From the IMG/VR virus record IMGVR_UViG_3300021400_000103: a stretch of 64,000 nucleotides of DNA. The stretch is one strand, 5' to 3'. The position numbers were made by a program, and so were the translations under genes. Below are positions 28,221-38,631 of the stretch, piece by piece; within the stretch, counting starts at the first letter, position 1; each line of letters starts with the position of its first letter. Source of the DNA: a virus. Taxonomy: Duplodnaviria > Caudoviricetes. A model generated the notes under the pieces. The model was not told where the DNA came from. It did no database searches and saw only the letters and a program-made list of their open reading frames with translations.

Positions 28221-30476
28221 TTATAAGTTCATCTTTTTACTATGTTTATATCGCATCTCAGTTTCCTGCTGTTTGCCAAGATTAAATGCTGTTTTGTAAT
28301 CTCCTGTTAGATATCCAGTCACCCTACGAAGTCTCTGTATGTGATGACTCCCACATTGTGGACATACATCGTTCAAGTCGTCCGTATATCCACACTCCAA
28401 ACATGTGTCGCAAGGAACATTTACAGCAAAATAAGGTACATCCTTATCCATCGCATAATTTACAACGGTTTCCAATGCTTCTAAGTTTTGTTTTGCACTG
28501 GCATCAAACTCCGCATAAACTATGCAGCCTGCCGACGAATATCCTGTCAACTGTGATTCAATATCGATTTTTGTAAACGGATCACATTCATACCACACAG
28601 GCACATGAATTGAGTTTGTGAAATACAATCTATCAGACACTTTTGGTATTTCACCATATGTCTCTCTGAATTTCTTCATTGCCGTATAACACAGATTTTC
28701 TGCGGGGGTATAGTATACTCCGAAATTTAATTTGTATTCTTGTTTAAACTCAGAACACCGATCTTTAAACAACTTTTCTATTTTCTTAGCTAATTCCATA
28801 CCACGTTCTTCCGTATGATCACATCCAATAAGAATCTGTAATGTTTCCGCAAGCCCTATTTGACCTATTGCCAATGTTCCGTGTTTAAGTGCTGATCGAA
28901 TACCTTCTTCTGGTACATATCCTTCCATCGTTCCATTCTCATACATAAACTTTGCAGATGCAGGACTTTGTGAACAAATCCATTCAAATCTTTCAATAAG
29001 CATATCCTTAGCTTCATAGATTTTGTTATCAAGTAAAGACATGAATCGTTGTATATAAAATTTATGTGCTAGGTCTAATTCATCTTTATCTCGCGTGTTA
29101 TATTCATGTTGTTTTACAGCCTCCATTGCCAATGTAGGCATGATAATAGTTACCGGACAGATGTTTCCACGTCCATCTTTTAGTTGCCCAAAGCCGTTAA
29201 TATCAAAGCCGTTAGCAGTCCGGCATCCCATGGTTGAAAAGAATGTCCTTGGATCGTTTTTGTCGTATCCTTCGTTACCGCTCCAATCACAATTAGCATA
29301 GTTAGGATAAAGTCTCTGTGATGTAGACCGAAGTGCTAACTGAAATAAGTCATAATTCGGATCTCCAGGATGACGATTAACACCTTTCATACACTGGAAT
29401 ATTCCACACGGGAAAATAGGTGTCTTATGGAACTTCCCAACCCCTTTTATCGAACCTTCGAGTAACGCTTTAGTTACCATACGTCCTTCCGGTAATGTGC
29501 ATGTTCCATAGTTAATACTTGTAAACGGCAACTGATTTCCGCTTCTCGATTGTAGAGTATTGAGGTTATGGTACATACCTTCAACGGCCTGTTGTGTTTC
29601 TTTAATCGTCATATCCATTGCGTATTGATACACTTTAGGGAATGCTTTATATATTTCATCATCAATACTTCTTCCACTATTGTCTGTCATATCTTCAAAA
29701 TCCATATTAATGGCTTCGTTTAAATATCTTGTGCCAGTCTTAAAATGTTTCCAAAAACTTTTTCTCACATATGGAACCATTGTCCAATCTAAGTGTGTGG
29801 CTGAAACGCCGCCAAACTGTTGTAGGCTTTGAAGCTGAAATATAACTGCCACTAACTGAAATGCCGTATTTACAGAGTTGGCAGGTCTGATATCTGTTTG
29901 ACGAGTATTAAATCCATTAGCCAATAGTTTATCAAATGGCACTGAGAGGCAATTGTGCATCCCAACTGCGTAACTATCAAGGTCGTGAATATATATCTCA
30001 TTATTCAAATGATTATTTCTTGACATTTCAGACATGCAGTAGTTTAAAGCGTAAGACTTCATAACTTCACTGCTGGCTTCTCCTCTTCTTCCACCAAATG
30101 AATATTCGTCAACATTAGCATTTTGGTTTTGTACGTCAGACGCCTTTAGTTTCTTACCAACGCCTTTCATAAGCAGACTATTACGTTCTCGTTCTCGTGT
30201 TCTCTTGTCTCTATAAAGAATGTAACACTTCGCAACATCCTTACGATTTGAAGCCATTAATTTATTTTCAACAGTATCTTGTATTTCTTCCACATTGAAG
30301 TTTTTGTTCATGTCTTCAATATAGTCGGCAATATCATTAGCTTTTGTCCGAGCCTTAGTGGTTATTTCTCCGTCTACTTCCTCAAATGCTTTAAGAATAG
30401 CATTGACTATTTTGTCTCTATTAAATGAGACCTTCCTACCATCCCGTTTAACCACTTTCATAAACGTAGTCTCCAA
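28221..30476 (-). CDS. nrdD: Anaerobic (class III) ribonucleotide reductase with ATP cone
   Basis: VVKRDG ATP cone, MGCR, CxxC..CxxC, RRVTGYL glycyl-radical motif. Confidence 0.97.
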   Translation of the reverse strand: METTFMKVVKRDGRKVSFNRDKIVNAILKAFEEVDGEITTKARTKANDIADYIEDMNKNFNVEEIQDTVENKLMASNRKDVAKCYILYRDKRTRERERNSLLMKGVGKKLKASDVQNQNANVDEYSFGGRRGEASSEVMKSYALNYCMSEMSRNNHLNNEIYIHDLDSYAVGMHNCLSVPFDKLLANGFNTRQTDIRPANSVNTAFQLVAVIFQLQSLQQFGGVSATHLDWTMVPYVRKSFWKHFKTGTRYLNEAINMDFEDMTDNSGRSIDDEIYKAFPKVYQYAMDMTIKETQQAVEGMYHNLNTLQSRSGNQLPFTSINYGTCTLPEGRMVTKALLEGSIKGVGKFHKTPIFPCGIFQCMKGVNRHPGDPNYDLFQLALRSTSQRLYPNYANCDWSGNEGYDKNDPRTFFSTMGCRTANGFDINGFGQLKDGRGNICPVTIIMPTLAMEAVKQHEYNTRDKDELDLAHKFYIQRFMSLLDNKIYEAKDMLIERFEWICSQSPASAKFMYENGTMEGYVPEEGIRSALKHGTLAIGQIGLAETLQILIGCDHTEERGMELAKKIEKLFKDRCSEFKQEYKLNFGVYYTPAENLCYTAMKKFRETYGEIPKVSDRLYFTNSIHVPVWYECDPFTKIDIESQLTGYSSAGCIVYAEFDASAKQNLEALETVVNYAMDKDVPYFAVNVPCDTCLECGYTDDLNDVCPQCGSHHIQRLRRVTGYLTGDYKTAFNLGKQQETEMRYKHSKKMNL

Positions 30477-30485
30477 TCTCCAGTT

Positions 30486-30893
30486 TTAGTAATATCTTTT
30501 CGGATCTAACTCAATCCCTAACCAATCCTTCCAGAACTTAATCACGTCATCAATGTTCTTTTTATCCTCATCGCTTAGTTCCTTCTTCTTGTTCTCCGGC
30601 TTGTTATACTCAGGATCTGTGATCTGAATCCGGTAACCAAGCTCTTTCTCAATATCATCAATAGACATCTTCTTTCTTTCCGGTTCTTTAACCAATTTCC
30701 ACGCATTAACGTGCGTAATAGCGCGGAAGAAATCAGCAATAGAATCTTCTGTATTTTCGCCAGCAGGGAAAAAAGTGTTAAGAGCATTTTTGCTGATTAC
30801 AAATCCATCCGCTTTATTATAGGTTCCAAACGTACTTTCATAAGTCCGTCCATTTTCATCAGCCAATCCAACCATTTCGTATGTAAGCATCAT
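30486..30893 (-). CDS. Hypothetical protein
   Basis: ORF ending with KKMSI.DIEKELGY.I motif common in Firmicute phages. Confidence 0.5.
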   Translation of the reverse strand: MMLTYEMVGLADENGRTYESTFGTYNKADGFVISKNALNTFFPAGENTEDSIADFFRAITHVNAWKLVKEPERKKMSIDDIEKELGYRIQITDPEYNKPENKKKELSDEDKKNIDDVIKFWKDWLGIELDPKRYY

Positions 30894-31125
30894 CGTCCTC
30901 CAATATTCCAAGATCCATAAGGTCACCAATAAATTCAATACCAACTGTAGAATCCACATTATCAACGTCAATGGAAACCTCGTTGTCGAAACCAAGATTT
31001 GTTACAAACTGAAGACTTGTGTCGTTGATCTCTATGTCTCCGATTTTTACTGCTCCGCCCTCATACCGAGTAGCGAGTCTTACAAATGACTTCACATCCT
31101 CATCGTTTCTGAACTTAACTGTCAT
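30859..31125 (-). CDS. Divergent HPr-like protein
   Basis: Paralog of neighbour; DVKSFV..A..Y.G....I. Confidence 0.45.
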   Translation of the reverse strand: MTVKFRNDEDVKSFVRLATRYEGGAVKIGDIEINDTSLQFVTNLGFDNEVSIDVDNVDSTVGIEFIGDLMDLGILEDDDAYIRNGWIG

Positions 31126-31127
31126 AC

Positions 31128-31370
31128 TTATTCTCCTTTCGTTTTAATTCCCATCTGCTTGATGGCATTTTTAAATTCTCTGGCAGCCGTCGGATCTGTA
31201 GCCACAACATGGAGATCTAACCACTTGTTAACCCCCATTGTTACAATTCCAACTACCGATTCACCATCAATGGCTATACTGCCATTACTTAAAATAACAT
31301 CTCCATCGTACTGCTCTGCCAACTGAGCAAATGTCTCGATTTCGACTAAATCTTTAAACTTGATTTGCAC
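31128..31370 (-). CDS. HPr-like (PTS phosphocarrier family) protein
   Basis: F...A..YDGDV.L..G...IDGES.VG; GTG start with ggagg RBS; no His15. Confidence 0.65.
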   Translation of the reverse strand: MQIKFKDLVEIETFAQLAEQYDGDVILSNGSIAIDGESVVGIVTMGVNKWLDLHVVATDPTAAREFKNAIKQMGIKTKGE

Positions 31371-31935
31371 GTTCCACCTCCGATTTAATAACTCCATATA
31401 ACTCACTCCATGTCTCACACCGGAGACCAGTCCAATCTTTATTCCAAGGATAAACTTCGCCGTAGCATATCTTTATAGGAGCATTGCTTGTTTCTAAATT
31501 TTTTGTTACGTCATCAATGAAAACAGCGTCTTGAAGCTGGATATGTGACTTGTCTTCATGATGGTCTCTGTCTACGCCAATTAACCTTGCAAATGGGAAG
31601 CATTCCTGCTTCCACAATTCCTTAAGTTTTAAATTTGGAATCCGACCGGATGATACAAACACAATCTCAAACTCATCTGCCAGTTTATTGATAATCCATG
31701 ATGCACATTTCATTAGCTTGACAGACTCAAAAAATCGTGGCTGGCAGAAATACTGATCGATATATGTTCGACTAGCACAACTTAGTTCATCAAAATCCCA
31801 CGTCTGTATCTCTTCTGGATCTACTGGTTTGAAACCTGGATAGTATTGGAAATCATAGTTATATAAATTACATATCTGTGTAATCGAATCGAATACAACC
31901 CCATCAAGGTCTATTGCTATCCTTTTTATCATCAT
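31354..31935 (-). CDS. 5'(3')-deoxyribonucleotidase (HAD)
   Basis: IAIDLDGV, FIDD..NL, PWN motifs. Confidence 0.85.
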   Translation of the reverse strand: MMIKRIAIDLDGVVFDSITQICNLYNYDFQYYPGFKPVDPEEIQTWDFDELSCASRTYIDQYFCQPRFFESVKLMKCASWIINKLADEFEIVFVSSGRIPNLKLKELWKQECFPFARLIGVDRDHHEDKSHIQLQDAVFIDDVTKNLETSNAPIKICYGEVYPWNKDWTGLRCETWSELYGVIKSEVERANQV

Positions 31936-32458
31936 TCAGTGCCCACCTTGTTAACATATAAATTTCATTTTCAAGAGCATCCCAAGATGTATTCACTACT
32001 AGGTAATCAAATGTATAGTCATTCATAGATGTTTCTGATGGATGATTCCGCTGTTCAGGCGTAAGATGATTTACATAATCCGGTCGTACTACCCTCACAG
32101 CTCTCCCATGAAATCGCTCTTTCATGATCTCTGCTTCATTCGGGAATCTGCAATCAGGAATCAACACAAAGTCCCATTCATCCTTAAACATGTCTATGAT
32201 TTTAACCATCATGTCCACCCAGTAGTTTGGATCTTTTGCTCTAACTACATCGGTGCCAAGATGCTGCAGGAGTGCTCTCCCCTTTTCATCTTTTTTACCA
32301 TCCCATCCGAAATACTGTTTGCAGATATACTTCAGCATATCTGCATAGTGTGTAATAACTACACGCTGTCCACGTTTCTCAAGACTGTCTTTTAATTTCT
32401 TTGCTACAGTGTCCTTACCAGACTCTGCATACCCACTAATAGTGATAACTTTTGCCAT
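31904..32458 (-). CDS. Deoxynucleoside monophosphate kinase
   Basis: SG.A.SGKDT, LLQ.LGT, DCRFPNE, HPSET. Confidence 0.85.
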   Translation of the reverse strand: MAKVITISGYAESGKDTVAKKLKDSLEKRGQRVVITHYADMLKYICKQYFGWDGKKDEKGRALLQHLGTDVVRAKDPNYWVDMMVKIIDMFKDEWDFVLIPDCRFPNEAEIMKERFHGRAVRVVRPDYVNHLTPEQRNHPSETSMNDYTFDYLVVNTSWDALENEIYMLTRWALNDDKKDSNRP

Positions 32459-32484
32459 TGTGTAAATTTTCTCCTTCTGTCTAC

Positions 32485-33246
32485 CTACCATGTTGTATAA
32501 ACGTCTATAGTTCCATGCGAACATCCAGTGTCATACACCTTACCAGGGCCAACAGACGTTTCAACCACCTCATAGAATGAATGATCAGATGATGCGACAC
32601 AGACATAACCATCGGCATCACGGATTGTTCCATCGTCGGCTACGTGTTTGCCGGGTATGCTTACCGCTGTAGTAGCACCGGCAGCCTCGTTTGTTGAATA
32701 CCATGTCTCCCGATGGCCATTGTAATGAATAGATCCGTTACTTTTAGTTAAATGATTGTCTGTAACGTTATACGCCGATGAATATTGCAGACCATCATCC
32801 GTATCTGTTTCTGGTTCCTCTGTGGTACTTTCTTCGGTTGTCGGTTCTTCAACCTTTTCCTCCACAACGATTTCTTCAATTACCACAACCTCTTTCTTTG
32901 GTTTTAGTGCGTATTCATTGGTCTCCGATAATACTACCGGAGTTGCTTCGCCATTTTTGTATTCCTGAATCTCATCACGCAGATCCTCGATTTCAACCAT
33001 TAATGTAAGATTCTCTACAAACAATTCGTCAGCTTCGTCCTGTAACTGGTTAGTTTCTCGCACCTTTAGGCATGATAAATTAAACACCTGCTCATTTAAC
33101 TCCGCAATCTGCTCATCCTTCTTTTGTAGCTCCTGTTGATAGTGCTTATTTGCAACCAAGTGGAGAATTAAAGAAGTTACCACCGCCGTTAGGCACAAAA
33201 AACTAACAATAATACCAATAATACTTCCAATATGCTGTTTACTCAT
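32485..33246 (-). CDS. Membrane-anchored coiled-coil protein with C-terminal 3D-like domain
   Basis: N-terminal TM helix, coiled coil, acidic linker, VCVASSD..V.DTG....IDVY. Confidence 0.55.
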   Translation of the reverse strand: MSKQHIGSIIGIIVSFLCLTAVVTSLILHLVANKHYQQELQKKDEQIAELNEQVFNLSCLKVRETNQLQDEADELFVENLTLMVEIEDLRDEIQEYKNGEATPVVLSETNEYALKPKKEVVVIEEIVVEEKVEEPTTEESTTEEPETDTDDGLQYSSAYNVTDNHLTKSNGSIHYNGHRETWYSTNEAAGATTAVSIPGKHVADDGTIRDADGYVCVASSDHSFYEVVETSVGPGKVYDTGCSHGTIDVYTTW

Positions 33247-33311
33247 ATTCCTTCCTTCCTTCAACCAATGCTCAATGATATTATAACATGAAATGTTATA
33301 TAATGCAATGG

Positions 33312-36300
33312 TTAGTTTATGGCTTTTACGTAGTCATTTATCCACCATTCAAATACGCCGGGTACAGGAACCCAATCTTCTTCTCCCTCTCCGCCCTTTC
33401 TGACTTTCTGTTGCTTTTTCCACTTTTTGATCATAAGAATATCGCCGTCTTCAAATGGTGTGTCACGGAAGGATTTTAGCACTGTTCTATCATTCGGCTT
33501 ACGACTCTTGTGTACCTTCAGCTGACAGGTTGTACCATCTTTGATTCGGTATGCCGTGAATACTGGCGAATACGTAGCGTTCAGTCTAGTAACTAATATA
33601 AGGTTGGCATTAGCATTTGGATCTATATATTCTATGTAGCCAAGATATTCCTGCTGATTCTTTACAATAGATTGTGTAGAACATGGCAATCCATTGTATT
33701 TTAGTTCGCGTAACAAATTGTAGGAGTCTAGTTCTTTATATTCAGCCTCAGATACTTTAGTCGCAAATCGTTGTTTAATGTCTTCAGGTATTTCAGCCAG
33801 CTTAAACAGTTTTTCATAGTTATAACCATTAAATTCTCCGGTTTTTTTATACTTCTTACACTGTTCTACTATCTCCGCAAACTTCTGCTGGCGAGTTGGT
33901 TCTTGTATTGCCGCAGTAATAGCATCTATATTGACCTCTTTCACTGCAGCCGGTTTATATTCTGCACAATACTTCTCAACAAATGGGTAATCCAGCCCTA
34001 ATTTTGAAGCTTTAACGGATGTTTTAAATCCTTTCGCCTTATCAAATAATTCATTAAATCGATCACGCTTGTATAGGAGTTCGTTGATTTCTCCGAAGTC
34101 AGAAAAGTAGTTCAGTTTGATAAGGATGTCAAGTTGGCGAGAGTTACATGTGGTCTTCATAGCAATGTCTTTAAGTAAGTCTATGAAATTGGTATATGCA
34201 CGTTCTTGTGAAAGTGTATATAATTGTTCAGATACTTCGTCATTCAGAAACTTAATAGAACCAATACCCTTTATGATTAGATGTTTTTCCTTGTTGTATG
34301 AATACTTGGCTCTTGACATTCCAAACTTAATATTACTCAGTTGGATATTAAAATAATCAAGTTCTTTCTTCAGTTTTGCCGTACGCTCTGCATCATCAGA
34401 ATAATTATTAAGGCATACTGTCATATATTCATACGGATAATTAACCTTGAGATATGCTCCATAGCACATATCAAGCGACGTTGCAGCAGCATGAGGACTT
34501 GCAAATCCATACGCCATACAACCTTGAATCATCTTCCATGTCTCATCAAACATATCTTCAGATCCCGTCTGAATCTTCCAATTATCTCTCAATCTCGTTT
34601 CAAGTTTTGCAAAGTCATCCGGTTTAATCTTCTTCTTTGAAATTTTTTTGATCAATCCTATTGATTCAGCAGGGGTAACACCAAGCCACTCAAAGTATTG
34701 CATAAGATTTTCCTGGAATAGTATATAGTGTTGTGTCTGTTTAAGGACTTTGTCTAGATCGTCAGATCCAGTGGAATAATTCTCATGATTTAAAAACTTC
34801 TGCCTCCAAGCATCAAACGATGGTCTTATCGCCGCTGCTATCAACGCACCATCCTCGAATGACCTAATCCCATATTGTTTAGCCTGTTGCATCCCATTAT
34901 CGGAATCAACCTGGTTAAGGGTACATGTGATTCCATTTTTAAATAAATCCCACACTCTTTGATCGTCCTTGATAGCGTCAAGTAAATCATGCGCATCCAT
35001 AATCGGAATGCCTATTTCTTCAAATGTTTCATGAATTAATTTCCACACGCTAACAATCAGATAGTCATTCTTCAATACCTTAAACAGATCGGCTTCTCCG
35101 GATGTAATCATAACACAGTAAAAATCACCAAACTTTGCAACTCCATACTCATACATAAGGTCTTTATCGCTTAAAACATGGGCGCATGGATGCACTGATC
35201 CACTGACGATTGTTCCTACATAATGTTCCGCCTCTTCTATTAACGGTTTCCACTTTTTATCTTCTCTGTATTGGTCGAGATTTTTAGCAACATCATTGAA
35301 TTCGTCAAATTGTAATCCGTGGCTTCTACATACGTTTCTAAATGCCTCTCCTTCTTGCATGGTACCATAGGCCACCATAGGAAAACAGCCATTATCTCCG
35401 AGCAATTCTTTTGATGCTTTGACAAATGGCTCTTGAGCCTCAACATTGAAATCAATATCTGGCAAGGCTCTATTTTCAATCAACCTCGCTGTACTTGCAA
35501 ATCTGTCAGGGAATATCGGTAGATTGATCTTAAATCTATCGAGCTGAGTCATGCCAAGAAGTTTGTTCGTGTAGAAAGAAGCGCAACTTCCACGCCCGCC
35601 TCTTGTTAATATACCGCCATATTTATTTACCGCCAAGTCAACGTTTCGAGTATTAAATAAGAAATAGTCACAAGTATGTATTTGTTCGTTGGTGTCCTTA
35701 ATTATTTGGAGTTCATAGTTAATCCCGTCGATATACTTAGGTAAATCCTCATCGGATATATGTTCTTTAACTTTAGTTTCCTCAAACTTCTTCCACACTA
35801 AGTCTTCGAGCATCTTCATCCTATCATCGAGAGGAATATCCGGATAAATATTTGGCATTTTAATTTCATAGTCAAGCTGAATTTCTTCTATATTATCAAA
35901 TATTAAAGTATTATTGATAGCATCTTCAATCTGCTGCTCACTGAGAACTCCTTGCTTTTCAAATCTTTCAAAGAAAGTATTGTAATCAGGAAAGTCTAAT
36001 ATAAATTCATCTTCTGCTACAAAGTATGCGTCCGGCTTACCCTCTAATTGTCTCTTGCCAACCATTAAATCATGACGCTCCTTGGCTTGCCAAGGGTAAA
36101 TATAATGAGAGTCGTTAGCAGCTATAAGCTTAAGTCCAGTTGATTCTGATAACGCTATCGCTTTTTTGTTAATATCTCGCTGAATATCAAAGGCGTGGTT
36201 CTGAACCTCTAAAAACACGCTATCCCAAAAATGGTTGATAATCGGCATGAGTATTTTCTCAATACCATCCTCGTCTCTGAGAAGTCCCGCACAACATGCA

Positions 36301-36716
36301 CTTGTAATATAGAGATCATCCTTGTCAAAATCCATCAAGTATTCCAAGCTCCAACGGGGTTTGTAATAAAAGCCATTCATATGCGCAAGACTATTATAGT
36401 AGTTACATTTCTTACGTGCTTTATCAGTACGCGGAATAATCATTATGTGATAGTTGGATTTATCCTTGAGTTCTGGGTTATTATCAACTACAATATAACC
36501 TTCGAGTCCAGGAAGGCAACGAAGGTTGTTATTTTTACATAAATCAAACGCCTCAAAAATATCCCCAAAGACACCGTGTTCAGTGGTGAAGTAGTTGGTG
36601 TGACCAAGTTCCAGACACCTATCTATATACTCTTTTTGTTTAACATTACTATCCCCTACGCCACCAAACAGAGAAGAAATATGACTATGTTTATGATAAT
36701 TATTATACCTGTTCAT
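33312..36716 (-). CDS. dnaE: DNA polymerase III alpha subunit
   Basis: PHP domain (HKHS, TEHG, NDSHY), GRGS, PDIDF catalytic motif, HPCA. Confidence 0.95.
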   Translation of the reverse strand: MNRYNNYHKHSHISSLFGGVGDSNVKQKEYIDRCLELGHTNYFTTEHGVFGDIFEAFDLCKNNNLRCLPGLEGYIVVDNNPELKDKSNYHIMIIPRTDKARKKCNYYNSLAHMNGFYYKPRWSLEYLMDFDKDDLYITSACCAGLLRDEDGIEKILMPIINHFWDSVFLEVQNHAFDIQRDINKKAIALSESTGLKLIAANDSHYIYPWQAKERHDLMVGKRQLEGKPDAYFVAEDEFILDFPDYNTFFERFEKQGVLSEQQIEDAINNTLIFDNIEEIQLDYEIKMPNIYPDIPLDDRMKMLEDLVWKKFEETKVKEHISDEDLPKYIDGINYELQIIKDTNEQIHTCDYFLFNTRNVDLAVNKYGGILTRGGRGSCASFYTNKLLGMTQLDRFKINLPIFPDRFASTARLIENRALPDIDFNVEAQEPFVKASKELLGDNGCFPMVAYGTMQEGEAFRNVCRSHGLQFDEFNDVAKNLDQYREDKKWKPLIEEAEHYVGTIVSGSVHPCAHVLSDKDLMYEYGVAKFGDFYCVMITSGEADLFKVLKNDYLIVSVWKLIHETFEEIGIPIMDAHDLLDAIKDDQRVWDLFKNGITCTLNQVDSDNGMQQAKQYGIRSFEDGALIAAAIRPSFDAWRQKFLNHENYSTGSDDLDKVLKQTQHYILFQENLMQYFEWLGVTPAESIGLIKKISKKKIKPDDFAKLETRLRDNWKIQTGSEDMFDETWKMIQGCMAYGFASPHAAATSLDMCYGAYLKVNYPYEYMTVCLNNYSDDAERTAKLKKELDYFNIQLSNIKFGMSRAKYSYNKEKHLIIKGIGSIKFLNDEVSEQLYTLSQERAYTNFIDLLKDIAMKTTCNSRQLDILIKLNYFSDFGEINELLYKRDRFNELFDKAKGFKTSVKASKLGLDYPFVEKYCAEYKPAAVKEVNIDAITAAIQEPTRQQKFAEIVEQCKKYKKTGEFNGYNYEKLFKLAEIPEDIKQRFATKVSEAEYKELDSYNLLRELKYNGLPCSTQSIVKNQQEYLGYIEYIDPNANANLILVTRLNATYSPVFTAYRIKDGTTCQLKVHKSRKPNDRTVLKSFRDTPFEDGDILMIKKWKKQQKVRKGGEGEEDWVPVPGVFEWWINDYVKAIN

Positions 36717-37452
36717 ATGCAAAATCTCCAAATATCTTGTTTTCCATATTCATTCTTGCCATTTTTGCTTCTTCAATTGTATCAAATGAGCCTAAATAAA
36801 TAGTCTTCCCATTCACCATTATTCTCGCAGTATATTTATCACCGTTTGTTTGAAGACTAACTCCCTTAACTCCTAGTTTATTATTTACATTACATGGTCT
36901 ATTTATTCCATTTGTTTGTTTATTGGCTATTCTTAAATTATCTTTTCTATTGTCTAATCTATTTTGATTTTTATGATCAATTATGTCGCCTACATCGGGA
37001 CGTAATATCAACCTATGTTGTCTTATATTTAATCCATTTTTTTGATGCGCTACCGCATATCCTTTATCATTTTCAAACCAACAATAATTCTTTATTAATT
37101 CATAATCTTCTTTGTCAAAATAAAAACATTTATTAGTGTTAGAGGTATAACCAACCCCATATTCCTGTGATAAATCGTATTTATTATATTTTTTATGAGC
37201 TTTAGATGTTTGTTCTTTTTGATAACACCCACAAGATTTCGTATGATCTTTATTTAATCCCGTGGCGCTAATGATAACATAATTACCACAATCACATCTG
37301 CATACCCAACGGGAATTTTTCGTAGTATTACTATATGTTCGATATAATACTGTCAGCCGACCATGGCGTTCACCAGATCTATCCTTATAATTTGCACCTA
37401 TTTTATTTGGTTTATATTCTGGGTATTTTTCTTTCAGTTCATCTTCTGTCAT
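36703..37452 (-). CDS. Free-standing HNH endonuclease with AP2 domain
   Basis: W.CRCDCG..SCGC, DHKN.NRLDNR..NLR, C-terminal AP2 (GVS..YTARI..LG.FDT.EEA). Confidence 0.85.
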   Translation of the reverse strand: MTEDELKEKYPEYKPNKIGANYKDRSGERHGRLTVLYRTYSNTTKNSRWVCRCDCGNYVIISATGLNKDHTKSCGCYQKEQTSKAHKKYNKYDLSQEYGVGYTSNTNKCFYFDKEDYELIKNYCWFENDKGYAVAHQKNGLNIRQHRLILRPDVGDIIDHKNQNRLDNRKDNLRIANKQTNGINRPCNVNNKLGVKGVSLQTNGDKYTARIMVNGKTIYLGSFDTIEEAKMARMNMENKIFGDFAYEQV

Positions 37453-38631
37453 ATAACTGTCTCCTATCACTCTCCCAACTTTTTCACTACTTCTTCCGTT
37501 ATCTCCGGCAACTCCATCCATGCGAGCGGTTTTATCTCATAATGTCCTAAGTCACTATCGTAGTCGTACCATCCACTTTGATGTTTTCCTTTATAACGAT
37601 AAAAATCGTATTTATCTGTTCGATACAAATCTGTAGAAAAATAGCACACAGTGAACCACAAATTTTCTTTCTTAATTTTCCCATTAAAGCTCTTTAAGCA
37701 CAGGTAACATCCAGCCTTTTTCGGTAGATCACCGTCTTTGCAAAAATGAAATACACTCATGACCAACACTCCTCTAACTAAACTCACCACTAACCCAGTC
37801 TACCGGATAGTCCGGATCCCTAGAATAATCCATTTCGTCAATACCATAGTAAGGATTTACAACTTCGAGTCTCTTTGCTGCTTCTCTGCGTGTCTTATCA
37901 TATTCATCGTGAATAAACGGAATCCAAATGTCGGCTTCGTCTGGCTCACAGCTAATCGTGTGTAGAGTCTTTTTGGGAATGTATTCATCGTTTTTATCAG
38001 CAATGAATTTGTCAAAATTACTTATATCATATACCCATTTCAAAGGCTCAGGTGTCCTATGAGCATGATCAAGTATTTTCTTTTTATATTGTCCAATCGT
38101 AAATTTTTCGCCGTACTCGTCTTCAATCTCTATCTCGTCTACATGTTCTTTACAAAAATCAAGCAGCCCTTGAAATGTTGTAAACGCTTTATGGCGCTGA
38201 AACAGAGGTCTCCAACCACAACTCAACTTGTTAAGATGGATTTCGTAGTAAAAATCCGGCACATCGTGAAGCTCATATTCCTTGCTTACATACTCAGGAT
38301 ATTTACCACCATAATCCATTTTTTCAGCAAAATACTCGTGTGCTATGTCTTTATTCTTTGTTGTAAGATAATAGTTAGTTCCCATTGCTAATACTCCTTA
38401 GGAAAATTCGTGATATTCCCGCCACCAGGCATATCATCGTCATCGTCGTCATTCAGCAACTCACACATGAAATCATCATCAAAATCTCCTGGCTTCATTA
38501 TGATCATGTCGCCACTCAATGTCCTGCAAACCTCATAACCACCAGCTCTTAAGGCATCTATCACACCCTCCAAATCACTTAGAAGGTGTGTGTAGAACTG
38601 TCCGATCTGGTGGTATCCTGTTTCTTCGTTT

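Noticed and set aside
28221-30476. Missing nrdG activase (and no obvious holin by the lysin)
   Set aside because: The window is only part of the genome, so absence cannot be concluded.
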